Shown here in pieces: positions 1 through 13,256 of a DNA stretch of 64,000 bases (positions within the stretch are counted from its first letter, which is position 1; every line of letters starts with the position of its first letter). The notes under the pieces were generated by a model, which ran no database searches, had not been told where the DNA came from, and worked only from the letters and a program-made list of their open reading frames with translations. Both the position numbers and the translations under genes were made by a program. Source of the DNA: Calcarisporiella thermophila CBS 279.70 (lineage: Eukaryota > Fungi > Calcarisporiellomycota). Where the stretch lies: NCBI RefSeq assembly GCF_041956535.1, contig NW_027192214.1:221687-285686 (forward strand), given 5' to 3'.

Positions 1-3000
1 AGCCGATCCAACACGTTACAGGTTTCCAAGAACACCTGGGGCTTTGAAAACAGCGCTCCGGCGAATCGTTGGCTCAATAGCGTTTTTAGTGCATCAAGTC
101 CGGTGATAATCAAATTGGGATCGGCGGGGGATGTTTCGGCCGTCGTGGTCGTACCCTCCGACCCTACACTCAGGGTCTCTATACAGAGTCCAAACAAAAT
201 GACTATGGTGTTTTGCCCTTCTTTTGAGGCCGTTCCTTCGTCGAGCTGGAGCAACGCAGATATGGAGGGGTCATTTACTTCGAGTAAACGTGTCACAGCG
301 CTAAGCATGTTTGCCCACGAGGTACGGTAAAAAGGGAGCACCACCTTTTGAGACATTCTAGAGTATATCGAGTCAAATGCGTCATTCGAATTTGCATTGG
401 TTCGAGTCTCCACGATTCCCTCGAGACCAGGGATTTCCCCCATTTCAAGCCGCACAAGTACGCAACGCTTCAATTCCAAAACCCAGAGCGAACATAGGGT
501 GGAGAGGTGGGGAGCAACCACGTCCACCAAGTAAGTTTGCTTGCTACTTGCGACGTAGAGTTCGGCCCATGCCCTGAGCATCGCAAGTCTCGTCATGACA
601 GATGCGTGCAAGCTGAGCTGATCCTGTGAACGGGCGCCACCATCTGCAGATACATTTCTTATTAAATGGATACGAAAACAGTAGCTGTTGCCAACACTTT
701 ACCTCGGCACTTCTCAAGGGCCGTCACCAACAGTTTGAGCACCCGCCCTAGCCGATCCAACTCTTGCACAATTCCACTGGCCACGTAAACGGCGCATACT
801 TCCACTGCGGCCGCAAGCACATCCGGGGGCGATTCGGGCTCAAATGCTGGTGTCAGCGCGGCCGCGATTTGTGCTTGATATTGTTCGAGCAATAAGGCGC
901 CCTCCAAATCCGGATCCTCGGCGGGGGAAAACACTTCAATTAGATCGCGCAAAAGACTGATTCCCTCAAGACGCATCTCCCGTTGAGAGCTGGTTGCGGC
1001 GGCAAAAGCCATCTTAATTAGGTCACTGATGTGGAGGACAAGACTCTCGGCGTTAGACTCTGCCCTTGCCGATTCGAGATCAATATGCCGTTTATCACCA
1101 CTGGATGCGATGATACGCACGACTTGATGAACACACTGCAGGGCAAATAGCTGGGTTCGCCAGCGCGGTGAGATCTTGACTATTTGCTCGCCGGTACCAC
1201 TTTTAGCAGGAGTCCCGGCAGAAGCACCAACTTGCCGTATTCCACTCGCCTCATCATCATCCTCATCATTCATCTGGTTTCCGTCATCCTTCTCGATGCC
1301 ATTTTCGTCCCGTCCTTGCTCTTCGCGCACAGCCCCAGAGGGTGCAACCGAGGCCGTTCGATCGTCTGCCCCGTGAGACATCATACTCTTGCACAGCCCA
1401 ATCCAAACAGATGGAGTCGTCAACGCTGTCTGTTTCAACCATCCGCGGATCACGTTCTTCACATCGTCTAAATAGGGATCCGTATCCAACATCGTGAAGA
1501 GCTGGGCGTCCAAGCCGGGGCGTGCGACCGCAAACACCGCGTGCACATCCCGTTGGACCAGCTGATACAGACATGTTACAGCGGCAGCTCGAAGGGGCCG
1601 GTGAGGGCTCGAGAGCCGTTTCTGGAGATAGCGGACAATGTACTGCATGTCCAAGTGACGAGGAATAAACATGATTAGATGCTGGATACAGTATACACCC
1701 TCGACCTGCACGCGAGTGTCCGGGTCATGTAGCAGCTCCTCCACCAGAGTAAGACACAATTCGCGCAACCGGGATGACATTTGGAGCTCTGGCCCTGCGG
1801 TGTTGATCAACGCGTAGAGAATCCGTCCAAGCTCCTGGTACACGGAAAAGCCGACATTCAGGCCAGCATTGCTTGTGCTCACCGTCGCCCCACACTCATG
1901 GGTTTCCTTCATGAACAGTTTAGCCACCAGGCCGAGCGTCGAATTAACGAAACTTGAAAACATAAGCCCTGCAGCCTCGATCAAGGTGGCAAGCCCATCC
2001 AGCGCCCAGATGTGCACAACCGGGTGTGGATCACTGCTCAGAGATAGCAGTATACTAACAATTGTCTTCAGGTGAGCGCTTGCTGCCATGCTTCCCACGT
2101 GGTTGTAAATACTTCCAAGGGAGAGAGCGCTACCCGCACGTGCGTCTGGCTCGCGGTTGTTTACCACCTGATCAACTAAGATCTGAATTTCGTTTGTGAC
2201 GAGGCGGTAGCTGGCTACACTCGTCAACATCCCCATGGCCTCACTTGCTACGTTGCGGACGTATGGGTCCGGGCTCACAATGGCCTCCTGGATTATGCTC
2301 TGCATCAATGACTGTACACGGGCTGATTCGACTGCCGGCTGGACCTCTCCGCGTCTTGCTCCAACACGGACCCGCTTCATAGCACCCAACAACGCTAATG
2401 ATACGTTTACTTGCACGGCAACCTTTCGCCCTGGTGCGCGATCCAGCTTGGGACTCTTCCACATCGTAAGGAGATGTTCAAGCATGCTCTCCTGTGACTG
2501 CGATGGCTGGATGGGGAGTAGCATCGCAAATATCTCGATTGCAACATCAATCAACGCGGTAGCCGGAGGTGGGGACTGCATACTATCCAGACGAAGTGGT
2601 GTGGCCTCGCTAAACGGGGTCGTACACACCGGGAGGAAGTCGTATTCTAAGGCCTCCAGGATGGGCTGCTCAAATTGAGTTTCCACTCTCCGGAGCGCAT
2701 CTTGACACATCCAGTCCTTTGCACGTACATTCTCATCCCCGCCCCGAGCCATCTCCCGCCCTCCTACATCGATGTGAAAGCCACGAACCTTACTCGACAC
2801 TCCGTAGCCATATCCATCGCTTGCAATCCAAATAGGGGTATATGTGCCGGGAACCGCTTGGGTGAGAGAATGAGAGAAGGCCGAGCCAGGGGGTCGCTCT
2901 GGCTCCGCAAACATCATCATGGAACTCCGAAGCAAACCCGCATGAAGCGATTCGAATGCGTGTGCCGGACGCAACAACAATAAACAGCGAAACACCCGTG

Positions 3001-5430
3001 CTCGTATGATATACTCTAGCTCTGGCAACGTGAGGGTAAACATCTGTGGAGTCGGAGGAGTGGCCACTGCAGTGGTCGCAAAAGATGTGGGCAAAACCGC
3101 TAGCAAACCCAACACGTTGTTCAGTAGCGCAACAATCCGCTTGGCAGTATCGCGGGTAACCAGGTCACTGCAGTGCTCCAACAGACTTAAGATGGCCCCA
3201 ACTGTACACGAGCGCTGGTGCACTATATGTATCCACTCTTGCTCTGTGCGAGTTTGGACTGCTTCTTTCGAGGGCGGTTTCGGAAGCGCAGCCTTCCAAT
3301 ACAGAAGTAACTGAGGGAGATGGATGCGCGCAAAATTTGGGCCAAGTGAAAGCAAAGCAGTCATTAGCGTCCAAGCCACCTGTGATTGTACCGAATTGAT
3401 GTGGGAATCTGCCGTAGTCGTCTTCAACAGCGTCGAAGCAAACCCAAACACCCGCCCGCCTAAATCAAATGACACCTCGAGAGGGCGGAATGGAATCACG
3501 CACACCAATGAGGCAAGGCTGTGTGCGTATCCAATGCATCGTCTGAAAAGCTCAGGGGTGGCTGCTGGATTGGTCAGATTCCCAATGTCCTTTTGTAGCA
3601 TGGCCAAAAGCCGCGATATCAGGGTCGACAGCTGAGTAGGTATGGCTAAACACAAATTGCGAAAGCTCATTGCCGCGGCCACTTGAACCGAGTAATTTGG
3701 ATGTGAGGCAACGGTAAGAAGTGGCTCGACGATCACGTCTGATAGTGTGGAAGCAGCCTCCCCAAGCTCGAAGAGGAGGGCCGCAATCTCATTAAGTGCG
3801 GCAACAAGGGCCCATTTTGTTGGGGCTGTTTCGGTAGGCATCAAGGCCGGCCACCGTTTAACGCAGTTCATGACTAGAACTCTTACTGCAGCAATCTGAC
3901 CCTGCTCGCTCAACAGCCTGCCCAGGACCTCGCGCAGCAAGAAAGCCCCATGTGCACGCGCCGACAGGGCCTCATATCGTGTTTGGGTGTTACGCGGATG
4001 CGATACGATCTCCTGCATGATATGGGCAACCAGGGTCGCATAATTGGTTTCTACTACATGTGTGCCTAGTCTCATAAAGAGCAGCGCATACGCCTCTATA
4101 ACTGCAGTACGAATTTCACGCACACTTGCCTTGTTGTTGTAGTGCGATGATAAGTGTCCCAGCATTTCTTGAACAGAGAGCTTGACGGTGCGGCCATTTG
4201 AAGCTTTCTCGTCCGGGGGTTGGGGTGGCGAATCTGCGCCGCGTTTACTGTCAATTGGCGACTCGGTGGCTATCAAAAGTGCTGCAATGGTGCTGGCTAC
4301 CGTCCGACGTACATCGAAATTGGAATTTTCACATGCTCGACACAATAAGGAGAGGAGTTCTTCAAGCTCTTTTGTAGTTACAGACTGAGAGGTGAAATTG
4401 ATCAGCGTTTGAAGACACTAAAAGTGAAAAAAAAAATGGTGAGTAGGAATAACCGAATGTAATGTGAAGTCAACCGGGGCTATTTACCTCCGCTGAGGCC
4501 ACGCGGATGATGAGTGCTTTATCGGTTAAATTGGCTTTTATCACTTTTATAACATCCTTCAAGATAGCATCATTAGCGGCCTTCCCGGCTCCTCGAAGGA
4601 CCATTGCGAGCGAGTTGAAAGTCTCGACTCGAAAGATAAGGGGCTAGGGATTGAAAAGAAAGTTCGATATATGAGGACTTTTAGACAGGAAAAAAAAAAA
4701 GCAGATAAACTCACAACCGAAGCAGTCCTCAAAATACGCAAAAAAGTTGCAGCCGATTCGCCAAACAAAGAAAGGAACTAAGATGAGAAGAGCCCTCCAC
4801 AGTTACAAAAAACAGATAAAATGCCGATTTAGAAGAAGTATACGATTTACTTTTGAACCATGATCTTCTGTCAGTACCCCAATGCAGTGTACCGCCGCCC
4901 TATATAGTAAACACGTCAGAAAGTGTCCCGTGTATGAGAGCTGGTTTCCAATACCTACAATTTAATTTCCTTATCGCCTATCCCTTTTCCTGCGTTTACG
5001 ATACCTTGAAACGCCGTGATGGTGTCAAACAATGACCTGCTATCGCCTCGGGTATAAAGAAGTGAATAACATCGTGCGATAATGCGCCGAATCGGCCTCT
5101 GCGGCTTTGCTGTGGAGAGAGAAATTAGGCGGATAAATTGTTTTTCAAGGGTCCCTTGGTTGTTCTTAAGAACATCCTAAGAAATGTCCAGAATGAAAGG
5201 TAAGTTAGATGATACGATTTTGAGATGCTTCCATCAAGAGAATGAGCTACTTGTGCAATGTTCCGTAGCTCACGCTCCAGGTTCGAGAGCCATTGTAAAA
5301 GGAAAAGCTCTTGCTTTTCCTGCGTGTCGATCGCATTGAATTTCTGGTCATCAAAGACAAACGCCTCTGGAATGGATCCACTGGATGTCTGCTCTAGCGA
5401 AGTAGAGACGCGATTGCTTGCTGCTGGCAT
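1..5430 (-). CDS. LAA1: HEAT-repeat protein HEATR5/Laa1 (AP-1 clathrin adaptor accessory factor); multi-exon, 3' end runs off the window start
   Basis: ATG at 5430 (MPAASN...ELFLLQWLSNLEREL), several short GT-AG introns, and a large exon in the 1227-aa ORF 662-4345. HEATR5-type motifs: PRWRTQLFALQC, LVLHISDLIKMAFAAAT, LLLEQYQAQIAAALTPAF. Confidence 0.9.
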
Positions 5431-5650
5431 AGCTCGCTTTTACTTCCTATGACATCAGAGAAAACCCCACTAATTAGAATGCTTCGTGTTCTCTCACTGT
5501 GAGCTGGAGTAGTTACCTCCTTTTCGGGGGCGCAGCATAGTCAAGGAAATTAAACCGCGTTTTTCCTGATTCTTTAATTTTTTTATTTTTGCCTCCCCCG
5601 TCTTTTCTAGCCTTCTACACGCCATTTCAGGACAAACGTGCTCTTTAATA

Positions 5651-7070
5651 ATGTCGCTTCCCTCGAGTCCTATCTTTCGCTTATCCTGCCCCGTGCAAAA
5701 CTATGACTGGGGAAAATTGGGTACCGAGAGCAAGGTTGCTCAGCTAGCCTCGTCGGACCCGGAATTTAAGATCGATGAGGCAAAGCCTTACGCTGAGGTA
5801 AGCTGTTGTTGGCTCTTGTGCTTCCTAGATAAGATGGCATTGACTTGTGTTTGGTCTTCAGCTCTGGATGGGAACGCATCCCAATGGTCCCGCCCATCTC
5901 TATGGCAATGGCTCCGTTACCCTCAAAGACATTCTTGCCTCCACGCCAGAGCTAATGACCGAGTCTATCCTCAAATCATATAATGGTGATCTCCCCTTCC
6001 TCTTCAAGATCCTCTCGGTACGCAAGGCGCTCTCTATTCAGGCGCACCCGGATAAAAACCTCGGCGCTCAATTATTTCAACAATTTCCGCAAGTTTACAA
6101 AGACCCTAACCATAAACCCGAGCAGGCCATTGCACTAACCCCATTCGAAGCCCTTTGCGGGTTTAGGCCACTCGAAGAAATCGTGGCTCACTTGGACGAG
6201 TTTGAGGAATTCAGAGAGTTAGTGGGCGAGAGTGTGGTGGAAGAATTTCGCGTGGCTGTGAAAAAAAATGCCGGGTCGACCTCGGACGAGGCGGTGAGAG
6301 AAAACAAGAAGGTATTGAAACACTTGTTCACCGCGCTGATGACGAGTGAAGCTCCGCGGGTAAAAACACAGCTGGAGAAACTGGTGGCACGGCTTGATCC
6401 GAATGCACCAGCGGGAAGTATGCACGAGTTGTTAGCACGACTGCATGGACAATTTCCCGGTGATGTGGGCGTGTTTTGTGCACTTCTTATGAACTACATC
6501 TGCCTACAACCCGGACAGTCCATCTATTTGGGGGCCAATGAGCCCCACGCGTATTTATCTGGAGGTAACTATAGCCTACTGCTCCTCCATCCATTGCCCC
6601 TCTCTTTCCCCTTTGATCTCTAACTTAACCCGTTTACCCGCATAGACTGCGTTGAGTGCATGGCTGCCTCCGACAATGTGGTTCGTGCTGGACTCACCCC
6701 CAAATTTAAGGACGTCCAGGTTCTCGTTGGCATGCTTACCTACCACTATGGGTCTGCCGAATCACAGATCATGCCCGGGCGACACTTCCCGGGTACAAAA
6801 CACACCATCTTGTACGATCCACCCATCGAAGAGTTTTCGATCCTAGTCACCCCTCTGCAAGAGGACCAGGGGGTGGAGCATTTCGAGGCGATTCATGGCC
6901 CAAGCATCCTGGTGTGTACGGAAGGGGCTGCACTTCTGGAGGGCGCGGGCCAATCAATTGCGATTGAGACAGGCCAAGTCTACTTCGTGGGCGCTGGTGT
7001 CCCAATCAGCGTGACGGCACGGTCAGGAGGAGCCATCTTATTCCGGGCCTTCGCGACTGCCAATGAATAA
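5651..7070 (+). CDS. PMI40: Mannose-6-phosphate isomerase (type I), 3 exons
   Basis: QNYDWGK, PYAE|[30 protein letters not shown]|[20 protein letters not shown]; introns near 5798-5861 and 6564-6644. Confidence 0.96.
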
Positions 7071-7528
7071 GCGGTCGCCCGTGCTTTGCTCAAGCTTTCT
7101 TCTGTAGTATACCTTAATTCCCTCTCCCCTCCCCCCTCTTTTTTTTTTACTTTTTTTTTACTTAAGAGGGAGAGCCGAGCTTGCGAGGAGGTGTTTGACA
7201 GCCTGCTGAGAAGATTTCTACCCTCACGTACTTGTATACTTTCATTTCTTTGGTTTTTGTTTAAGAAAAAGAAAAAGAATCGCATAGAAAAGCCATTTTC
7301 CTGATATTCCTAGACGAGCAGAGTGATGTAGGGAATATTATCATATGTATTCAATAAAAAAGGAAATTCCGAGTTGATAGAAAGAAGAAAGTAAATGGAA
7401 GAAAAAAAGATAGGGATAAGGGTATGCAAATCGGATGGGCATTAGTATCATATGTACAGAAAAAAAAAAAGAAATAAATAAATGAATAAATAAATTCAAA
7501 AAAAAAAATAGGCGTGTGATTAGTGGCA

Positions 7529-10207
7529 TTATATCAATCCAGATTGTTTTAGCAAGGCTTTCACATCAGCCTCTTCCTTTCCCCGAAACCGTTTCCATAC
7601 TTCTTTTGAGGGGGTGGCGCCCCCCAGCGCCAGAATCGTGTCACGGTATCGCCTGCCCATCTCTCGCTGGCGATCGAGGGAAAGTCCCTCTAGCATAGCA
7701 TAGGCATCGGCGGAGTACACTTCGGACCACTTGTAACTAGTGTAGGATGAGGAGGTGTGAATATGCGGGATACTAGATACATTCTCGTGCCTCTGGAAAG
7801 ACAAGACTCACCTGTAGTACCCGGCTGCATAGTCTCCCGAAAAGATGTGGGTGAATCGGCAAAGGAATCGGTCGTCTGGCTCGCGCGGGTAGAGCCCCAC
7901 TTTCTCCCAGAGCCCCAAGTCTACCTCGAATGCCGTCCTCTCCTCCTCTTTCCGTGGCGGCTTAAATTCGCTATGTAAGAAAAGATCCACTTGTGCATGG
8001 TGCAGTTGCCGCATCATCCCTATTCCTGCCAAGAATCGCCGCCGCTCCTGCAGCCCGTGCACCATCTCGGGTGGCATTGCGTTTCCCGTCTCGTGGTGCA
8101 CGGCAAAGCGGGCGAGCCACTGCGGGTCGTAGCAAAAATTCTCCATGAACTGCGACGCCACCTCCACAAAGTCCCAATCGACCATCTTGATGCCGGACGC
8201 CTGTGGGTGGTCGACGCGCGTGAGGATGTGCTGGAGGCAATGGCCGAACTCGTGGAACAGAGCCTCGACGTCACTGAATTTCATGAGGGTCGGGTGGGCA
8301 TGACTGGCAGGCGGCGTCTGGTTGCTCACCAGATGGGCAATCGGGAGGCGAATCGCCCCCCCATTCTCCTGCTCCTCGGCTCGCTGCTCCTTTTTGAGGC
8401 GCCCTGGTCCCTTCGGCTTCAGCCGCCGCCGCGTGGTGCGCATATCCATCCAGGCCCCGCTCTTTTTTTCCTCAGGGCGCGAGTACAAGTCGGCAAAGAA
8501 GTACGCAAGGGTCTCGTTGCTCTCAGCGTCGCTCACACAATAGACCGTCACGTCGGGATGCCATACGGACACGACCTCCCCCTGCTCCAAGGTGCCCGGG
8601 AGGACCTCCCTCACCTTTACCCCAAACAGCTCTTCCGCCAGCTCAAACATCCCGGCGAGTACGCGAGGAAAGCTTAAATACTTCTGAAGGTCTTCATCGC
8701 TGAGTCGGAAGCAATGCCGGCGGTATGCCTCGGAGACATACTTGATGTCCCACGGCTGGAGCGGAAGCGAGATGCTAAGCTGCGATTCCGCAAACTGAGA
8801 GAGCAGCTCAAGCTCGCGCTGTGCGTGGTCTTTGGCCGCGGTGGTCAGATCATCGATAAGTTTTTGAGCATTTTGGGGGCGCTCGGCCATTTTATTCGAC
8901 ATGGAAAATTCGGCGTAATTTCGAAATCCAAGGAGCTCTGCTTGTTCTAAAACGAGGCGACAAAGATGGGGAGGGGGGGGGAGGGGAAGAAGCGCGGTAG
9001 AAAAGAAGAATAAGCTATCCTCCAAAGAAGCCCGAGGAGAAGTAGAACCCACCTTGGCGCAGCTGCAGTATTTCATTAATGATGGGGATGTTGTTGAATT
9101 TGCCTTCGGATGCAATAGTAACGGATGCGCGGTGTATCTAAGCAAGAAAGAAAAGCGTGTGAGTTGCTTAGGTGGGGCGCTTTGAGAGGGGCAGCACCGA
9201 CCTTTTCCCGCAATGCGCGGTTCTCACAAAACATCATGAACGGCGAATGCACGGGATAGTCTAGAGAAATCGCCCAGGGTCCTTTCTCGGAGTCGCCCTC
9301 TCCGTACCCGAGCTTTTGAGCGTTTCTCAGCATCGTTTCCATCAAGCCGTCGGAGCACCCGCTCAGCTCTTCCTTATTCCACACCAACTCGACAAAGGCG
9401 TGCATTGCATCCTGCACGTTGTTCGAGAACCGGGTGCCGAGATCCGCGAGCCGCTTGATGATGGCGTTGAAGCGGAGCTTTTCGGGGGAGTTTTCCGGCA
9501 GACCGACGCCGCTGCGTTCCATCTCCGTCAATGTCCGGGTGACGATATGCCGTTGCTCGGGAGAGAGGGAATGCCATTGCTCGGTATTGGATTGAAGCAG
9601 TTTGAGGGCGTGGTACCGGGGGACGGACTGGTACATCCGAAGCCAGAGGAGCACGAACTTTGGCTATCCAGGGCCGACAGGGTGAGGGGCTGCGTCAACA
9701 AGCAGGCCGGAGAACGGGGAGAGGGGGACTTACCTGGATGAGCTCCATTGCCTTGCGTATCTCGTCTGAGTCCTTGACCATGTTCAGGTGGGCGATGATA
9801 CGGTACACCCGCTCCAGCATATCGTCGATATCCTCGGCTATATAAGCAAATCCAGGATGAGTTATTAGTCCAGCGATAGGCCTCTCCGCAGAGATGACAA
9901 GCACAACAGGCGGTCGATATCTACTTAGCTCCAGCGTTCCCTCCCATCGCGGCCGGTACTTTTCATCGCATTCATCAAGCACCTTTGCGCACAGTGTCGC
10001 CAGTTTTTCGAAGGATTCCGCGAATCGAGCCGGCTGCAGACGCGAGAAATCAGGGAAGAGGGCCCACCCGAGCAGGGGATCGGCCTGGTCATCTTGCGAG
10101 AGGAGGGCGGCCTGCTCGGGCTTGGGGGAGAAGGCGGGCGGATGCGGCTCGCATTGGCCGGTGTCTATCTGACTGGATTGCCGTGGAAGGATAGTGAGAA
10201 CGGACAT
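7529..10207 (-). CDS. M3A metallopeptidase, oligopeptidase A (OpdA/PrlC/plant OOP-like), 6 exons
   Basis: HEFGH zinc motif, DWDFVEVASQFMENFCY, HIFSGDYAAGYY|SYKWSEV, N-terminal DPLL...PDF; five GT-AG introns join ORFs 9695-10303, 9076-9654, 7808-9145 and 7529-7804. The start at ATG 10207 is inferred. Confidence 0.88.
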
Positions 10208-11021
10208 GGGGGGGGAGTGGAATGGCACGAGCCGACTTTTGGAATGTTTGCAATATTCTTTCAGTTTCTTCACTTTCTTGCAGAGTTCGCAGGGGAACCA
10301 CACAGTAAGTCTTTATTAAATCCTTTGCTAATGCGGATGCAGCCAAGCCGGGAGAGGGGCGGGGGGGGAGGGGGAGGAGGGCCGGAGAGCACGCGCTGAA
10401 GTTGGCACTGAGCAATGGAGGAGGATGAGAAAAAATAAAATTAAAATAGAATTATTAATGAAACATGATCTCAGGCTCCAATAGGCGGCGGACATAAGCT
10501 ACGGCCAGGAGATCGAGCAGGCTGCATCGCTCTCACCAGATTACGCGGCAAGTGACTCTGTGGCCCCCTGCCCTGTGCCATCGAGCCCGGTGATTTGGCC
10601 CGCCCGCCCCCAACCCGCGCGGCAGTCGGCCGGGGGGAGAGGCCGCTGAGGTTCCGCAAGCGCAACGACTTTTTCATGAAACCTAACCGTAACCCTCGCC
10701 ATGTGCCGCGAGAGCGCTCGATCTCCACTCGAGCTCACATGGTTTGCTTCCTTGTGCCTGCAGAATAGCGCGACTACTCAAAGCGGGCCTGGGCATTCGA
10801 GCCTGCCCTCACGGCGCAATACGATTCCACAAGCACCGGAGTCGAGTGATCGCAAACCTTATTTCCCCACAGCCCGGCCGAGGGGGTGGCGGGCGGGGAG
10901 GGCTCTGTTTTCTGCCCAGCCTGCAGCCGGCGTCCCGCAGCGGCCGCCCGGCGCGTCATGGGATGACTCTACGCCCATGCTGCGTCGCCCCCACGCCATT
11001 GCTCGAGCCTGAGCCTGAGCC

Positions 11022-11048
11022 TCTCCTCCTCCTCCTCCTCCTCCTCCC
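11022..11048. repeat. (CCT)n microsatellite, preceded by (GAGCCT)3
   Basis: Visible directly: gagcctgagcctgagcctctcctcctcctcctcctcctcctcccct. Confidence 0.85.
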
Positions 11049-13256
11049 CTGACATTCATGCGAGCCCTCCATGCCTGTACAAATCTGGCCGGTTTCACCA
11101 ATGGAAACTCTAATGTGCACGGCAATCCAACTCCGAACTGCAGTGTGAAGCGGAAAAACAAGCTCCTTGTTTCCCTGGCCGCCCTCGTCGAACGGCTCGA
11201 TTCGATCCCTCTGCAGGCGATGACCTCATCCTCCCTCATCGTCCTGCTCCCGGTGACAGCTTCCCGCCTCGAGTGGCCCTCCGATGTCTCCGGAAGCCCC
11301 TCACGTGCCCTCGCTCATGCCAATGACGTCTGCTCCATTCCAGCGCAATGCTCGCATCCGGCACACCTTCAACCTACCGCGCCAGCTCTGGCCTTGGGCG
11401 GTACGCGCCCTAGCTAAATGGCAGCGACGCCAGCTATTTTTTTTCCCATAGCATTACTAGTGGTCATGAGCACCCTCAGCTGCAACCTTGCCGCTTGCAT
11501 TGTTTATCCTCCTCCTATGCATAACGCGACTCACCACATTTGCACAGCATCGCCTGCAGCTGATCGCCCCCAGCTCCCCATCTTGTTAAGCTGGCTGGAG
11601 CGCTGAGAGTGAAGTCAGCCTGTTAGAATGCAGGTCAAAACGGGTCCCAATGGCTCTGAGAAGGGGGGCTACGTCATGGGCATCCCTCCGACGCCAATGA
11701 GGGCGCATGATGGCTGGCCATTATAGATCACCGCCACACTCTCCCCCTCCCAAAATTGTAGCAATGCCACCTGCCTATTTGCCAAACTACGACCTAATCG
11801 ACTGGAGAATCCCGCTTGGGAGATTGGGGGTGCAATGGCGAGGTCTGGGATATCAGAGGCAGTTCACGTGAGGACTCAGCACTCGCCATATGGCACTTGC
11901 TGAGGGTTGGCGCATATGCCTCACGTATCCCATGCATCTTAGCTCCAAGAAAAAAGCTTTTTCTTGGGCTTTGCACTCCTTTCAGGAGTAATCCGAAGAG
12001 CGGGCTAGCTCGCTGCCCATGTATAGGAGCACAGTGGTGAGCGATGCCGTGCTAGAGAGATCCTATTATGTCTTAGGACCGTAAGCAACCCTTCATATGT
12101 CATAGAAATGAGTCATCTATTTGCATTGACAGCCGATATGAGGCAAGAGGGAAATAAACTGATTTGCAGGTGGGAGAATTAAGGGTTCAGCAACTCTGAG
12201 CATTTTCATCCAGAAAAAACAGAATTAGGTCACGTAGGCGAGACTGCGTCTCCATTATGCAGGATGGAAACGACATGGAATCTTAAGGAATTGGGCACTG
12301 CATCCAACCCTTTCCCATAATACAAGTCCTAGCATCCTCTACTATAGAACACTAGGTGCGCTCCTCCATCATTGTGCGTCACCCCCCTTTTGCAGGGACC
12401 TCTCGTCCAAAACGGTACATTTATTTTGCAAAGCGGCACCAGAAATTGAAACGGCCAAGCCTTAGGACCTCATTGAGCTGCAGCTGAAGAGCGTCGCCAC
12501 AACTGTGCTACTTTATTCCTTAAAATGCTGGCAGACATGGACATCGTATAGAGGTTGCTTACAAAGAGAGTTGCTGTGCAACTCTAACCCACGTGAAACA
12601 AGGCTTTTAGAGGCAGAATATTAGCTTAACCTCAACCATCGTGTACGCATCCTATAGTTTATTTCGGCTTTAGTCCCCCCTCGCGTGTTCAAAGCAACTC
12701 CGAGGCTCTCAGCGGGGAGCTAGGCCATGGTCCTTGTGTCTATTCGGCTTATTGTGGCCATTGTTTTTGTGTTTGATCTTGCCGATTTGCTTGATTTAAC
12801 GAGAAATATACTTAAACCTACTGTAAATCGCGTTTCATTCGCAGTGCCCAAATGCATCCGAGGAAACCAATGGGCCATCGATCGAGTACTTTCGGGAAGC
12901 AGGCGCAGATGGTATATGATAGTCATATAAATAATCCCTTTTCGCGATCGACTGTTCATGATTTCATAGGAACCCTCTACCGCCTACCATCCCCAAGGTT
13001 GAACAGGGCTTTTTATCCATGCGCAAGCTCTTGTTGCCTATGGGTCCCCCTTCCTTTCTATTGCAATTTTCTCGTGCGGCTTCGGGGGACAAATTAAAGT
13101 TAATTTCAGAGTAGTCTGAAAACTCCTTGTAGATACATTCAGGTTACTAAGGGGCGATGAGGAATTTAGTCTTGGACTCTTGTCACTATATTGTTATTCG
13201 AACTTAATCTAGTATATTAATAACCCCCCCCCCCACTCTTCTAAAATCAATTTGTA

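Noticed and set aside
399-414. tRNA B-box-like GGTTCGAGTC within a HEATR5 intron
   Set aside because: No A-box, acceptor stem or cloverleaf could be built around it.
7971-8950. Long antisense and alternate-frame ORFs over the oligopeptidase, and similar ones over HEATR5, SEC7 and GSIII
   Set aside because: Shadow ORFs expected from GC-rich codon usage; no motifs of their own.
10471-11606. Cluster of 60-126 aa ORFs in the GC-rich intergenic block
   Set aside because: Low-complexity R/P/G/A translations on both strands with no recognisable domain; not called as CDS.
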